The notes under the pieces: generated by a model | The model's input: the letters and a program-made list of their open reading frames with translations, nothing else | Told to the model about the DNA's origin: nothing | The model's database searches: none | Shown: positions 45,298 through 55,484 of the stretch, piece by piece | How positions within the stretch are numbered: the stretch's first letter is position 1 | How the letters are laid out: every line of letters starts with the position of its first letter | Made by a program: the position numbers and the translations under genes | Origin: a virus | Reading direction: 5' to 3' (one strand) | Length of the DNA: 64,000 nt | IMG/VR virus record: IMGVR_UViG_3300042502_001233 | Coordinates: 19,125-83,124 of that record

Positions 45298-45574
45298 GTA
45301 TAACGAAAAACAATAAATATGTAAATGATATAAATAAAAAAAGCCCCATTGCTGGAGCTTTCTTTTTATTCGATTTGTCTACAAGATGCGGGGGCATTTA
45401 CTTCTAAACCCAGTTACGAAGTTTCTCTCGATTCAAAAAATTTTAGAGGTTACAAGAGAGGACCTACGTTAAATAGTGTATCTGAATATTTGTAGTTTTT
45501 TTGTTTGCTGCATACAACTTTTAAGCGACAAATCTAGTTAAGACACGGAGCAGTTTCCCACCCCGCACTTAGTT
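45298..45574 (-). other. 277-nt noncoding region with long-range stem (UGCGGGG ... CCCCGCA about 140 nt apart); candidate structured RNA
   Basis: atgcgggggcat at about 45415 pairs with ccccgcac at about 45562; no ORF. Confidence 0.3.
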
Positions 45575-47011
45575 TTAAACAGTTACGCAAGCGTAACGTT
45601 CTGAGCCGATAACAGACATCATCATTGAGTATGGTGTCATCTCTTTACCCGCTAGCAAGCTAGTCAATAAAGATGGTGAGAAACCACTCACTAAAGCAGT
45701 ACCGTTTTTATCAAACTGAACTGGTTTGTTGTTATCACCTCTTGACTGAATGTTCCAGTATACAACTTTAGGCATAGCATAACCAGCTTGAGAGTATTTG
45801 GCTTCAATCATTTGTTGTGCAGTTGGGTTCCAACTTCCACCACCAGCGTAGTTGAATTCCATATCCGAAAGGATAAGAATCATTGTTGGCATTTCTTCTT
45901 GAGAAACTTTAGAAGCTCTCGCTTTGTCAAGTATCAAGTTGAACACCGCTTCGATGTTGGTAGACATTGCCCACTCAGCACGTCTCAATTGGTTGTATCT
46001 CTCACTAAGAGAACCTTTCAAGATTTGAAGCGAAGGACGACTTGAGAAAGTCACAAACGCATCTTGGAAAGGACCAACGTTTCTTTCTGAAATGTATAAC
46101 CCCAAAGAGATTGCTACATCCATACAAGTTACACTAGCGCTACCACCAGCTGAACAAGACATTGAACCTGACACGTCAACAACTGGCAAGAATTTCTCGT
46201 TGTTGTTTTCCATGTAGTTAGGTAGTGCACCCCATTGTGCGTTAGCACCTTTAGTGTTACCTTGGTTCAAGCTTTTGATAATGTCGTATGGGTATACGGC
46301 ACCAGCGTTTATTTTTGTTTCACCTTTTTCAACAGAGTTAAGGTATTCTTGGAAACGAACCAAGTCATTTTTAGAGAACGCTTTCATGTAGTCACTCATT
46401 GCTTTTGAAGGCAATTTAGAATACTCAATTTTAGAGAATTCTTTAGCACACATCAATTGCTCAACGGTGTTAGAGTTTTCTACTAACATTTTACGGTAGT
46501 CTTTTGGTGACATACCCATGTGTTTTCTCAAAGCTGTCGCCCATCTTTTTTTCTCACGATTACCTACGTTTGGACGTGGCATCCATTTAGCGCAAAGACC
46601 ATTTTTATTAGCCAACGCACTAGCGATTAACTCCAAAGCATCTTTTTCCAAAGGTGTACCTACCAATACAAGTAAGTCATCCCATCTACCGAACTCGGCA
46701 ATCAAGTGTAAATTTTTACGCAAAGCGTCTGTACGGTTAGCCGCAAGATACTCTATGATATCTCTGAAGATTTTTCTTTCTCCAGCTCCACCACGAACGT
46801 CACGTGCCCAGAACAACAAACGCATTGCTGTTAATGAGTTCTCACCAAATGCTTTCGTGAATACATTGATAAGACGTTGTTTATCTTGCCCTCTCATAGC
46901 ACCAATCTGGAAGAATAAATCCACACATAGGTTTAATGATGAAGAGTTAGTAGACATACCGTTTTCAGTCAATGAATCTTTAGTTTGCATAGCATTTAAT
47001 AATGTACTCAT
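45575..47011 (-). CDS. vWA-domain protein with TROVE/Ro60-like or DUF2828-like N-terminal region
   Basis: MIDAS-like VVDVSGSMSC; N-terminal LLFWARDVRGGAGERKIFRD; the likely start is MSTLLNAMQ at 47011, not 47050. Confidence 0.45.
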   Translation of the reverse strand: MSTLLNAMQTKDSLTENGMSTNSSSLNLCVDLFFQIGAMRGQDKQRLINVFTKAFGENSLTAMRLLFWARDVRGGAGERKIFRDIIEYLAANRTDALRKNLHLIAEFGRWDDLLVLVGTPLEKDALELIASALANKNGLCAKWMPRPNVGNREKKRWATALRKHMGMSPKDYRKMLVENSNTVEQLMCAKEFSKIEYSKLPSKAMSDYMKAFSKNDLVRFQEYLNSVEKGETKINAGAVYPYDIIKSLNQGNTKGANAQWGALPNYMENNNEKFLPVVDVSGSMSCSAGGSASVTCMDVAISLGLYISERNVGPFQDAFVTFSSRPSLQILKGSLSERYNQLRRAEWAMSTNIEAVFNLILDKARASKVSQEEMPTMILILSDMEFNYAGGGSWNPTAQQMIEAKYSQAGYAMPKVVYWNIQSRGDNNKPVQFDKNGTALVSGFSPSLLTSLLAGKEMTPYSMMMSVIGSERYACVTV

Positions 47012-47042
47012 AATAATAAAATTTTTGATTGTTAATTTTTGA

Positions 47043-47090
47043 TAATGCAAAGATACTACTTTTTATATATGCTTGTCAAGTTTTTTTTCG
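47043..47090 (-). promoter_or_regulatory. class-1 promoter (TTGACA-N17-TAGTATCTTTG)
   Basis: atgcaaagatactactttttatatatgcttgtcaagtttttttt. Confidence 0.5.
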
Positions 47091-47096
47091 TTTTTT

Positions 47097-47696
47097 TTAT
47101 AAAAAATTTCTAACGTACTGATTTCTATGGTACTTACATATCCCATATTCTTTAATTGCGACTATATGTTGAGGGCTAAGATACCCTTTATTACCATCCC
47201 AAAGGTATATTGGATACAATTTATGTAACTTGGTCATGTATTCATCTCGTCTAACTTTAGCTACGATAGCAGCCGCAGCTATACAAGTATACGTATCATC
47301 ACCTTTAGGTACAAGTGTTACTGGAATGTCTTTTGTCCATTTATCCCATACAGTACCATCAACAAGGATTTGTTCTGGTTCAATTGTTAAACCATCAAGA
47401 CATCTGTGCATTGTTTTAAACGTTGCTGGGTTAATACCCAAATCGTTTATGTCTTGAATAGTACTGGCCAAACAAACAACATCCAGCGCGTTATCTAAAA
47501 TAAGTTTATACGCATCGTTACGTTGTTTTTCGGTAAGTTGTTTGGAATCTCTTATAAGTTCAGACTTGAATCCTTTTGGCATGATTACCGCTGCCGTCAC
47601 AACTGGACCAGCACCACAACCTCTACCTACTTCATCTAACCCAGCAACATAATCATAGTCACCGAAATCCTCAAGAATTTTTTTTATCTTAGCCAT
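47097..47696 (-). CDS. rnhB: ribonuclease HII
   Basis: GLDEVGRGCGAGPVVTAAVI and DSKQLTEKQR motifs. Confidence 0.85.
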   Translation of the reverse strand: MAKIKKILEDFGDYDYVAGLDEVGRGCGAGPVVTAAVIMPKGFKSELIRDSKQLTEKQRNDAYKLILDNALDVVCLASTIQDINDLGINPATFKTMHRCLDGLTIEPEQILVDGTVWDKWTKDIPVTLVPKGDDTYTCIAAAAIVAKVRRDEYMTKLHKLYPIYLWDGNKGYLSPQHIVAIKEYGICKYHRNQYVRNFL

Positions 47697-47734
47697 TTTA
47701 TTATATTAATACGGCAAAGATACTAAATTAAACC

Positions 47735-47965
47735 TTATACTCCAACTATTTTATAAAGTTTTACAACAATACCAGCAATCTCAATCTCAAACTCATCATC
47801 ATAAGTTATAAAGTTCGCTGTTGGATTGTTTTTATAAAACAAAACTTCATTGATTTTTCTATACTCATGTTCTGGTAGTGTATATGACAACATCAACCCT
47901 TTCTTTTGTATTCTTTCGTCAGCAATTATTACCGACACTGTTTCTATTAATTGTTCGTAATTCAT
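47735..47965 (-). CDS. hypothetical protein
   Basis: 76 aa. Confidence 0.3.
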   Translation of the reverse strand: MNYEQLIETVSVIIADERIQKKGLMLSYTLPEHEYRKINEVLFYKNNPTANFITYDDEFEIEIAGIVVKLYKIVGV

Positions 47966-47966
47966 A

Positions 47967-48179
47967 TTAAAATTTTGTAAATATTTTTTTTATTGATGTC
48001 ATTATTTTTTGACCAAGGGTTGGTTTTTTAATGATAGGTTTTGGTTTCTTTTTTATTTCTTCACCTAAACCAGATTTAACTTCTTCCACAAATTGGGCTT
48101 TTTTTAAAGCTGTCTTGTATTTTTCAGCAAGTATTTCTTTTTCTGCTTGCGCAATTTCTCTATTGTTAGTTACACTCAT
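47967..48179 (-). CDS. small basic protein
   Basis: 70 aa, Lys-rich. Confidence 0.3.
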   Translation of the reverse strand: MSVTNNREIAQAEKEILAEKYKTALKKAQFVEEVKSGLGEEIKKKPKPIIKKPTLGQKIMTSIKKIFTKF

Positions 48180-48289
48180 ATTTTTTTTGTTTTAAATATA
48201 GTTATTGTTTTTATTTTTGTAAATAACAAAAATATTTGTATATAAATATTGACTATTTTGTACATAAACCGTATATTTGAATAAAAATT

Positions 48290-48625
48290 ATGGTTACAAT
48301 ACTTTTTATTCTGATTTGTTACGGTGCATGTAACAATATTATTTACGGTTCACTTTTTGAAGGATTTAGAAATTTTTTAGCTAAATTCGGACAAGGTGGT
48401 TATAGTTTATATAAGTTATTCACATGTTTTATGTGTTTAGGTACTTGGATGGGTTTTGCTGTTTCAGCGTTAATGGCTCATTTCTCTTACGCGCATTTAA
48501 CCCCAATGGGTTCTATTGGTGTGGATAGTTTATACTTAATGATTTTTTTAAATGGATTGGTTTCAGCTGGCGGTGTCTGGCTGATGCATACTCTACAGGA
48601 AGCTCTGGAAGGGGTTTCAGCTTAA
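48290..48625 (+). CDS. membrane protein (plus strand)
   Basis: 111 aa, 3 TM segments, followed by a terminator. Confidence 0.4.
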   Translation: MVTILFILICYGACNNIIYGSLFEGFRNFLAKFGQGGYSLYKLFTCFMCLGTWMGFAVSALMAHFSYAHLTPMGSIGVDSLYLMIFLNGLVSAGGVWLMHTLQEALEGVSA

Positions 48626-48645
48626 TGTTTTTGTTTAACAAAAAA

Positions 48646-48663
48646 AGCCTCAGAAATGAGGCT
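48646..48663. terminator. bidirectional terminator AGCCTCA-GAAA-TGAGGCT
   Basis: Between convergent genes 48290..48625 (+) and 48668..49348 (-). Confidence 0.6.
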
Positions 48664-48667
48664 TTTT

Positions 48668-49348
48668 TTATTTAGGGGGTAATTCAATTTTACTCCTGTT
48701 TGATTTTGGTTTCTTGTTGTCAAGATATTTTCTATTGCGCTCGGCCCTAGCCTCTTCTTCCAACATTTCTAATTCTTCTTCAGAATATTCTATTGGGTTA
48801 CCATTTTCATCTACATAAGCTATGTGGTTAATGCTATTTATTTCATCTTGTGTGTCATAATCGCTGTAACCATTAAAACTATCTGGGTCTGTTACAATTA
48901 TCACTTCTTTTTCTGATTGTGGTTGAATAATTTCTTCCACTATCTCATCGTCAATGTTTAAATCGAAATCATTTAATTTTGGTACCAATTCTTCGTCAGA
49001 AAATGAAAACTTCAATCGAGTTAATTTCTCCAAAGAGTTTTGTTTAAAGATGTTTTTTAGTTCTTCAACTTTTAATTTCAAAAGCTCATGTTTTTTTTCT
49101 CGCTCTTGATTCATTTTGATTGTTTTACCAACAAACCCTAGTAATTCGTCAACACCAATATTAGGTGCATCACTGTAAACCATAAAATAATTCAAAGATT
49201 CATCACCTTTAATTGTTTTTATTGTTTGGTCTGTTTGCACCGTCCAACCTTCTTTAAAAACTGCATCTATAACTGGTACTCCTTCTACATATCTAATACC
49301 TACTATATATGGTTGAAGCGCGTCTAATGTTTTTTGTATGTTTGACAT
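48668..49348 (-). CDS. hypothetical protein
   Basis: 226 aa. Confidence 0.4.
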   Translation of the reverse strand: MSNIQKTLDALQPYIVGIRYVEGVPVIDAVFKEGWTVQTDQTIKTIKGDESLNYFMVYSDAPNIGVDELLGFVGKTIKMNQEREKKHELLKLKVEELKNIFKQNSLEKLTRLKFSFSDEELVPKLNDFDLNIDDEIVEEIIQPQSEKEVIIVTDPDSFNGYSDYDTQDEINSINHIAYVDENGNPIEYSEEELEMLEEEARAERNRKYLDNKKPKSNRSKIELPPK

Positions 49349-49357
49349 ATTTTATTT

Positions 49358-49573
49358 TTAAATTGTAATACCTGTAAAAATTGCAGATAGTGCGTATGCA
49401 AGGGATAAACCTAACAAGAACAATGATTTGTTTGAAATAATGTACTTGCTTGTTTGACCTTCTTCATTGGTTTTGAACATTGCTTGGATAAAATAATATC
49501 CATGTCTAAACACATTGAATATTGATAACAAGAATAACACTACCAATAATTTGTTAAGTATCGTCTCTAACAT
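49358..49573 (-). CDS. small membrane protein
   Basis: 71 aa, 2 TM. Confidence 0.35.
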   Translation of the reverse strand: MLETILNKLLVVLFLLSIFNVFRHGYYFIQAMFKTNEEGQTSKYIISNKSLFLLGLSLAYALSAIFTGITI

Positions 49574-49763
49574 AATGTTTGTTATTTTGCTTCTTTGTTC
49601 TTAGCAGAAACGTCTTGTCTCAAAGTTTGAGCCAAAGCTTTAATGTCTTGTAAACCTTTTCTAAGTCTTACACCAGCAGCTTTGTTGCTTTTTTCATAAA
49701 ATTTAGTCGCATCTTCTTCTAATGCAATTACTAATCCTTTTAATTCGTTAAATTCATTCATTG

Positions 49764-50000
49764 TTAATCGTTTTTTTGTTCAATGTTATTATTGTTATTA
49801 TTGTTTAGCATAGTTTGGAGTTTAGCCACACTGGCTTCGTTATTAGCTATGCTAGCTAATATCATTTTAATCGAGCTAGATTTTTGGTCTATAGTTTCAC
49901 TCGAATTAATTGTTTGTTCTAGTCTATCTTCCAATTTCATTTTATCGGTAGTTAGTTCTAAAAGTACTACGTTAAATAATCTTTCTGTATTCATAAGCAT
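49764..50000 (-). CDS. hypothetical protein
   Basis: 78 aa. Confidence 0.3.
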   Translation of the reverse strand: MLMNTERLFNVVLLELTTDKMKLEDRLEQTINSSETIDQKSSSIKMILASIANNEASVAKLQTMLNNNNNNNIEQKND

Positions 50001-50038
50001 AAAACTACTATAAAAAAATTAAAAATAAATAGTAAAAC

Positions 50039-50518
50039 CTAATTTTTTTGTGTTTTTAGCGACATTTCCATTAATCGATAGATTTCTAGGAAGGTATCAA
50101 TGTCTGCATTGGTCTTTAATTTGTTATAATCGAAGATGTCTAACCATAATTTTAATATAGTGTTATCCGTGTAATCTGATTTGTTTTTTTCTTTGTTAAA
50201 ATAAAACACTTCGAACATAAATTCTGAAAAATACTCCATAATTCTTTCATTTTCAAAATAAATACCTTCTTCTTTGAAAATATCTATTGTTCGATTCCAG
50301 CACCAATTAAAATGGTTAGATTGTTCTTGTGGTGGTGTAACATCGTCACCCATATATGTATCAAAAACAGTAATCAATAGCGATTGTACGAAATCACTAT
50401 AAAGTTGACATTTCTCATACTTTATATTATTTTTATTATAGACCATAGATATCGCTTCCCAACTCATTGGGTTATTAATGTACGCTAAAAAACTTAACTT
50501 ATTGTACTTATCATTCAT
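50039..50518 (-). CDS. hypothetical protein
   Basis: 159 aa. Confidence 0.4.
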   Translation of the reverse strand: MNDKYNKLSFLAYINNPMSWEAISMVYNKNNIKYEKCQLYSDFVQSLLITVFDTYMGDDVTPPQEQSNHFNWCWNRTIDIFKEEGIYFENERIMEYFSEFMFEVFYFNKEKNKSDYTDNTILKLWLDIFDYNKLKTNADIDTFLEIYRLMEMSLKTQKN

Positions 50519-50575
50519 CTTATTATTTTATTATTAATATAAGGCAATAAGGTGAAAAATAAAGTTTATTTAGAA

Positions 50576-51190
50576 TTATGCGGTTAACCAAGTATAATAT
50601 CTTTTGGTCAATGATAATCTATCAGCTAACCCCTTGGTACCACCATTTATTCTTCTGGTCAAACTTCTTATTATTTTATCATTAACACCTAAATCACATA
50701 TAGACCATAATTTATTAGTATTAAAAAAGAACATAGCCGATTCAAAAGAAAAATTAGTTGCAACTAAATCTGGGTTAGCCATTATTTCTGGTCTTTTTAT
50801 TGAATCTGAAAATAATTTATAATTATTTTTACCAGTTAATTGAATAGCACCTCTACCTCTATATGTCCAACCTTCTTTTGACGCTTCATTACCGTTACCC
50901 ATTCTGTTTCCATAAACTCTTGAAGCTATTTTTACTGGTTGTCTTGCGTACTCATTAACATTGTCTTTGGTAAAATATTTTGGAAAAGTTTTTAACAATC
51001 CAGTGGCGGAATAGTTTAAATTTTCTGTGAATGATTGAAAACCACCAGTCTCGTGAGATAGCTGACCGAAAAAGTGTGCCGCTCTTTCTGGTGTTAATTT
51101 AAAATACGTCATAGCTGCTTTTAATGTTTTTGGACCAAATGACCCATCAGCTGTAACACCTAATTTTTCTTGTAATTTGATTAAACTCAT
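50576..51190 (-). CDS. endolysin: peptidoglycan-binding domain + GH19 (chitinase-like) catalytic domain
   Basis: LQEKLGVTADGSFGPKTLKAA (PG_binding_1-like); FFGQLSHETGGF matches the GH19 catalytic SHETTGG region. Confidence 0.6.
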   Translation of the reverse strand: MSLIKLQEKLGVTADGSFGPKTLKAAMTYFKLTPERAAHFFGQLSHETGGFQSFTENLNYSATGLLKTFPKYFTKDNVNEYARQPVKIASRVYGNRMGNGNEASKEGWTYRGRGAIQLTGKNNYKLFSDSIKRPEIMANPDLVATNFSFESAMFFFNTNKLWSICDLGVNDKIIRSLTRRINGGTKGLADRLSLTKRYYTWLTA

Positions 51191-51242
51191 TGTTTTTGTT
51201 TTTAAAAAATATTATACCCATAAATATCTTAAAAACAAAAAA

Positions 51243-51261
51243 AGCTACCCATTGAGTAGCT
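51243..51261. terminator. terminator AGCTAC-CCATTGA-GTAGCT with flanking A and T runs
   Basis: After the stop of 51287..52945. Confidence 0.55.
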
Positions 51262-51286
51262 TTTTTTTATTTATTTTTATCTTATA

Positions 51287-52945
51287 TTATTTGAATAATT
51301 CATCAACATTCATTGGTGCAAAATCAATACCGTTTAATTTAACACCTTCATTCATGCTAACATGTTTTTTAGCGTCAGCAGCTTGTGGTACACTTACTTT
51401 ATCCCATTCACCAGTTTTTGGAGCTGGAGCATAAGTAGTATTTGATGGATTACCATGAGCAGCAGCTTGTTTTACATCCATTTGGTCCCATTCTCCTTCA
51501 CCTTCTGATTGGTCACCTAACCCCATACCGATTTTAGAGTCACCAGTAGTTCCAACGTGAACATTTTTCTTAGCTTCTGGAGCTTGTTTTTTAACTTTTT
51601 CTAACGAATCAGCTGAACCTGTTTTAGCAGCTGGCGCTTTGGTACCTTTATCTGTCGATACAGAACCTTCTACGTGTTTTTTAGCGTCAGCAGCTTGAGA
51701 TACCTTCTCGTCAGTTTTTTTCTCAGAAGCTTTTTTACCTTCGATGTCTTCAGCTTCCATTAATATTTTAGTTTTGTCCCAGATTTTTCCGAAAGTAGCA
51801 TTTTCTTCAATTCTTGATTTACCCTTAACAAGACCCAAAGTGTCTTGAGATTTGTAACCCATAAGGTGTTTCATCTTTTGCATGTCTTCGTTAATCATTG
51901 TTTTATCTGAAGCTGTTAGAACTACCGCTCTACCTTCAGATAATGTTCCTTCCCAACGCATTGTGTATGACTCATTTCCATCAGTCATTTCAAATACTTT
52001 GTTATCAACTCTATATGATTCAGGAATCATTTTTAAAGCGTTACCAACGCCATTGAATTCTTGTTTGAATTTAAGTCTTTTCATCGATTCTTTTTGTGTT
52101 TGTTTTGTATTATTATCGTTATGGTTAACTACTTGGTCATTTTTATCTAATGTTTGAATATTTACACCACCTTTTGTTTTTGTTGGTACTTTATAATCTT
52201 TACCGTTTGGTAAAAATTGAACACCTGTAGCAATAGTTTTTCCACCTCTTTTAACATCAAATTTGTTTTTTGTGTCAACTTTATTTTCAGTAGAAATTTC
52301 TCTGTTAGTTTTTTCGTAAGCATCACCTGATGCATCAGCTTGTTCCATATCATCTGGGTCGTCCTTTTTGTCTTTATTTTCATTAAGTGCTGAAAAACTT
52401 GACATAGGTGCGTAATCATCTGGCACTACTTCAAAATCATCACCAAAGCTAATAACACCTTTAACAGCGTCTTGTCTTTTCTTGTGAGAAGCTTTGATTG
52501 CTTTAACCAAGTTTTTACCAAAATCTGGACCAGTAAACCCTTGTTGTTTTGGAACAACGTTAGCCCATTCTGGGTTGTTACCCATAGTAGAATCTCCTTC
52601 AATAGCTTTTTTAGCTCTATCTTTGAACATTTTGTTTGGGTCTCTGTCATACTCAATCATTTCTTGACCATTCATATCTTCCATTTGTTGATGATATGTT
52701 TGTTCGTTGTCGTCGTTGTAGTTGAATTTGTTTTGTGGCATCTCTTTGGTTCCCTCAGCTTGTTTCTTAACAGACTTGTCATAATCTTTAAGATTATCTT
52801 GCATGTCTTTGATACCAGCTTTGTTTTCTTTTCCAGATTTTGTACGTATAGCGTTTGTGACTGTGATGCCTGGGGTATCGGTAGTCGGTTTAGCTTCGTT
52901 CAAGAATCTTTCAACCAAAAAATCTTTTATTATTTTTTTATCCAT
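51287..52945 (-). CDS. Lys/Glu/Asp-rich low-complexity protein (possible virion-internal or DNA-associated protein)
   Basis: 552 aa, highly charged and disordered. Confidence 0.45.
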   Translation of the reverse strand: MDKKIIKDFLVERFLNEAKPTTDTPGITVTNAIRTKSGKENKAGIKDMQDNLKDYDKSVKKQAEGTKEMPQNKFNYNDDNEQTYHQQMEDMNGQEMIEYDRDPNKMFKDRAKKAIEGDSTMGNNPEWANVVPKQQGFTGPDFGKNLVKAIKASHKKRQDAVKGVISFGDDFEVVPDDYAPMSSFSALNENKDKKDDPDDMEQADASGDAYEKTNREISTENKVDTKNKFDVKRGGKTIATGVQFLPNGKDYKVPTKTKGGVNIQTLDKNDQVVNHNDNNTKQTQKESMKRLKFKQEFNGVGNALKMIPESYRVDNKVFEMTDGNESYTMRWEGTLSEGRAVVLTASDKTMINEDMQKMKHLMGYKSQDTLGLVKGKSRIEENATFGKIWDKTKILMEAEDIEGKKASEKKTDEKVSQAADAKKHVEGSVSTDKGTKAPAAKTGSADSLEKVKKQAPEAKKNVHVGTTGDSKIGMGLGDQSEGEGEWDQMDVKQAAAHGNPSNTTYAPAPKTGEWDKVSVPQAADAKKHVSMNEGVKLNGIDFAPMNVDELFK

Positions 52946-53016
52946 TTTTAAAGTTTTATTATAAATATCTATATTTTATGTAAAATCTATGTAAATACCT
53001 ATTATCTATCATTTTT

Positions 53017-55482
53017 TTATCTGTTATCAACACGTGTGTCAATTTTATCAATAATAAATTGAGATACTTTAGATATAATTTCTAAATTGTTTTGAATTCT
53101 GTCTTTATTAGCCTTCCATAACGCTAAATAAGTAGCATGGTGAGCTACTGGGATTCCATAGTGTTTCAACACAACATAGGAAACACTTTCAGCTTGTAGT
53201 TCTTGTAACTCATTTTTAGTTCTACCTTCACCATTATCTATATAATATATTGACGATTTTTTCCAGTGCATCAACTCATGCGCTATTTCGTGAATCGTTG
53301 TTGATAACCTAGCAGCACCTGTAACGTCTGAAGAAATATTTATATGGTCACCAGCACTGTATCCTTTTTCACCACCTTTGGCATCACTTTGTGTTACTCT
53401 AATACCCAAATCAGCAGCTACTTCAGTTACTGCGTTATATAACATATCAGCAGTTTCTGATGGTGTGTTATCACCCCACCATTGTGGTGTGTCAGGAACA
53501 TCACCTCTTTCATCAATTGGTTCGGTATCACTAATATCAAAAACGTTTACCGCTTTAAATCTAGTTATTTGTGGTCTATTTGTCATACCCATTTGACCCA
53601 TCAATTCAGTTGTTTCATCATCGTATTGAGTCATTTCTGGTTTACCAGCTGGTGCTAATATTTTAATTGCTTTTGAACCTTTTTTAACTCTTCTAAATTT
53701 TGATTCCCACAATTTAAATGAACCAACTTTTGTTGCGTCAGGTTTTTGGATGAATATTAACATTCTATTATAAAAACTGTATCCGTGAAATTTAGAGAAG
53801 AATGTTAAATATCTTCTAATTTCAGCCGATAACGCAACTTCATCAGTTGCGTTGGCTAAATCCATAATGTATTGGTCGAGCCTAGCTTTTAAAAAATCTT
53901 TATTGTCTGCTGATGAATTTTCAACAGCATCTTCCAAGTCTTCTAATTGGTCTATAATATATTCTGCTTTGTTAACTAATGTAAGCGTTTTTTTAGCTAT
54001 CTCTAATTTGTCAGCATCTATAACCCAATTAGTGCCATTCCAATTAAAACCATTTTGTTTTAAAACAGCTTTATTATGAAATGTTTCTTGACTAGCCGCT
54101 CTACCTTCTAAATCTGACAAGACAATAAGTTTATTTTGAGTTTTATCGTGTTGTAGTTTTAAAGCTTCGCGAACTATACCTTCGTTTAATGAAGGTGCGT
54201 TTATATTACCACTAGTTTTTCTTTGTTTTACAACATTATTTACCGCACCAGTACTACATCCACCATTTTGAGCTTTTTTGTTGTTATTTAGTTTTGTACA
54301 ATCGTCGATATCAACAAACGAACCACCAGCCCATTGTGTTTTTTCTTCCGCTTTGGTTTTCTTTCGGTTTTTAGGAAAATTTCCATCTCTAGATATCCCA
54401 ACAAACCCAGGGTTATCATACCCAATGTTGCCAGCATCAGCTGTATCCATTTCATAAACAACTTTAACATTTAATTTATCATCGTCAATTGGCATACCTT
54501 TACTAATAGGTCCAACACTCATTGGTGCTACAAAAGAACCACCAACACTACCAGCTGTAGTTGATTCACTTACCGTGTTTAACACGCTAACCAATTTTTT
54601 ATCTTTGTCATATAAACCTAACAATTCATTTTTTAAAGAACCATCAATTTTTACAATATCGTATTCACCACTCATAAAAGCATCAGCACCTTCACCAACA
54701 TTTGATGAAGCCATTACATCGTTGAAATATCTTTGTATTGCAGAATTATCCACTTCCCAATCATCATAATATTCCATATCACCATCAGCATCGATAAACC
54801 CTTGTTTTTCTGCGTAATCTTCAAAATCATTTTTATTTATATTTGCATGGTTAAATGCAAACATATCATCACTAGTTTTACTTTTTAAAATTGAAAACTC
54901 TGTATTATTGTAAACTAATTCATAATTCTTATTATCTGGTTTATTACCTATTGACGATATTGGGTCTGGTCTATTTAATGGGTTGTTAGGGTCAAAATCT
55001 GAGCCTAACGGAGAGTTATCTTCTTGCATGTTGTGGTTTAACATTTCTGATAATGTTTCGTATATCGATTTTTTTATTTCATCTGGCGTACCTAATGACT
55101 TAGGAATTCTATAGGTATTTTCTTTTGTGACAAATAGTCCTTTGCTTTCCAATGCTTCACATAAATCTTCATAAGCCAAATTGTTTTCTCCCCAATATTT
55201 TGAAAACTCTTCATTAACACCATAAACATATTTAATAAAATCTTCTACTTCGTTTATATTTAATTTTGGTATTGAGGTGTTTTTATTATCAATATTAAAA
55301 TTATTTTTTTTAACAATCTCTTCTTCTGGTATATATTCAAAGTTTGAAATGTCTTTACCAGCAAAAGCTTTTTTAAAAGTTTTGTTAACTGGGTTTTTTG
55401 TATCAAAAGAAACACCTTCATTAATTAAACCAGCAGCTTTTAATTTTTGATATTGTTCTTTGGTTATTTTAATTTTTTTCAT
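53017..55482 (-). CDS. 821-aa protein with C-terminal ArdC-like module (ssDNA-binding ArdC-N + HExxH metalloprotease)
   Basis: FHGYSFYNRMLIFIQKPDATKVGSFKLWESKFRRVKKGSKAIKILAP (ArdC-N/DUF1738 pattern) and HEIAHELMH. Confidence 0.65.
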   Translation of the reverse strand: MKKIKITKEQYQKLKAAGLINEGVSFDTKNPVNKTFKKAFAGKDISNFEYIPEEEIVKKNNFNIDNKNTSIPKLNINEVEDFIKYVYGVNEEFSKYWGENNLAYEDLCEALESKGLFVTKENTYRIPKSLGTPDEIKKSIYETLSEMLNHNMQEDNSPLGSDFDPNNPLNRPDPISSIGNKPDNKNYELVYNNTEFSILKSKTSDDMFAFNHANINKNDFEDYAEKQGFIDADGDMEYYDDWEVDNSAIQRYFNDVMASSNVGEGADAFMSGEYDIVKIDGSLKNELLGLYDKDKKLVSVLNTVSESTTAGSVGGSFVAPMSVGPISKGMPIDDDKLNVKVVYEMDTADAGNIGYDNPGFVGISRDGNFPKNRKKTKAEEKTQWAGGSFVDIDDCTKLNNNKKAQNGGCSTGAVNNVVKQRKTSGNINAPSLNEGIVREALKLQHDKTQNKLIVLSDLEGRAASQETFHNKAVLKQNGFNWNGTNWVIDADKLEIAKKTLTLVNKAEYIIDQLEDLEDAVENSSADNKDFLKARLDQYIMDLANATDEVALSAEIRRYLTFFSKFHGYSFYNRMLIFIQKPDATKVGSFKLWESKFRRVKKGSKAIKILAPAGKPEMTQYDDETTELMGQMGMTNRPQITRFKAVNVFDISDTEPIDERGDVPDTPQWWGDNTPSETADMLYNAVTEVAADLGIRVTQSDAKGGEKGYSAGDHINISSDVTGAARLSTTIHEIAHELMHWKKSSIYYIDNGEGRTKNELQELQAESVSYVVLKHYGIPVAHHATYLALWKANKDRIQNNLEIISKVSQFIIDKIDTRVDNR

Positions 55483-55484
55483 GA

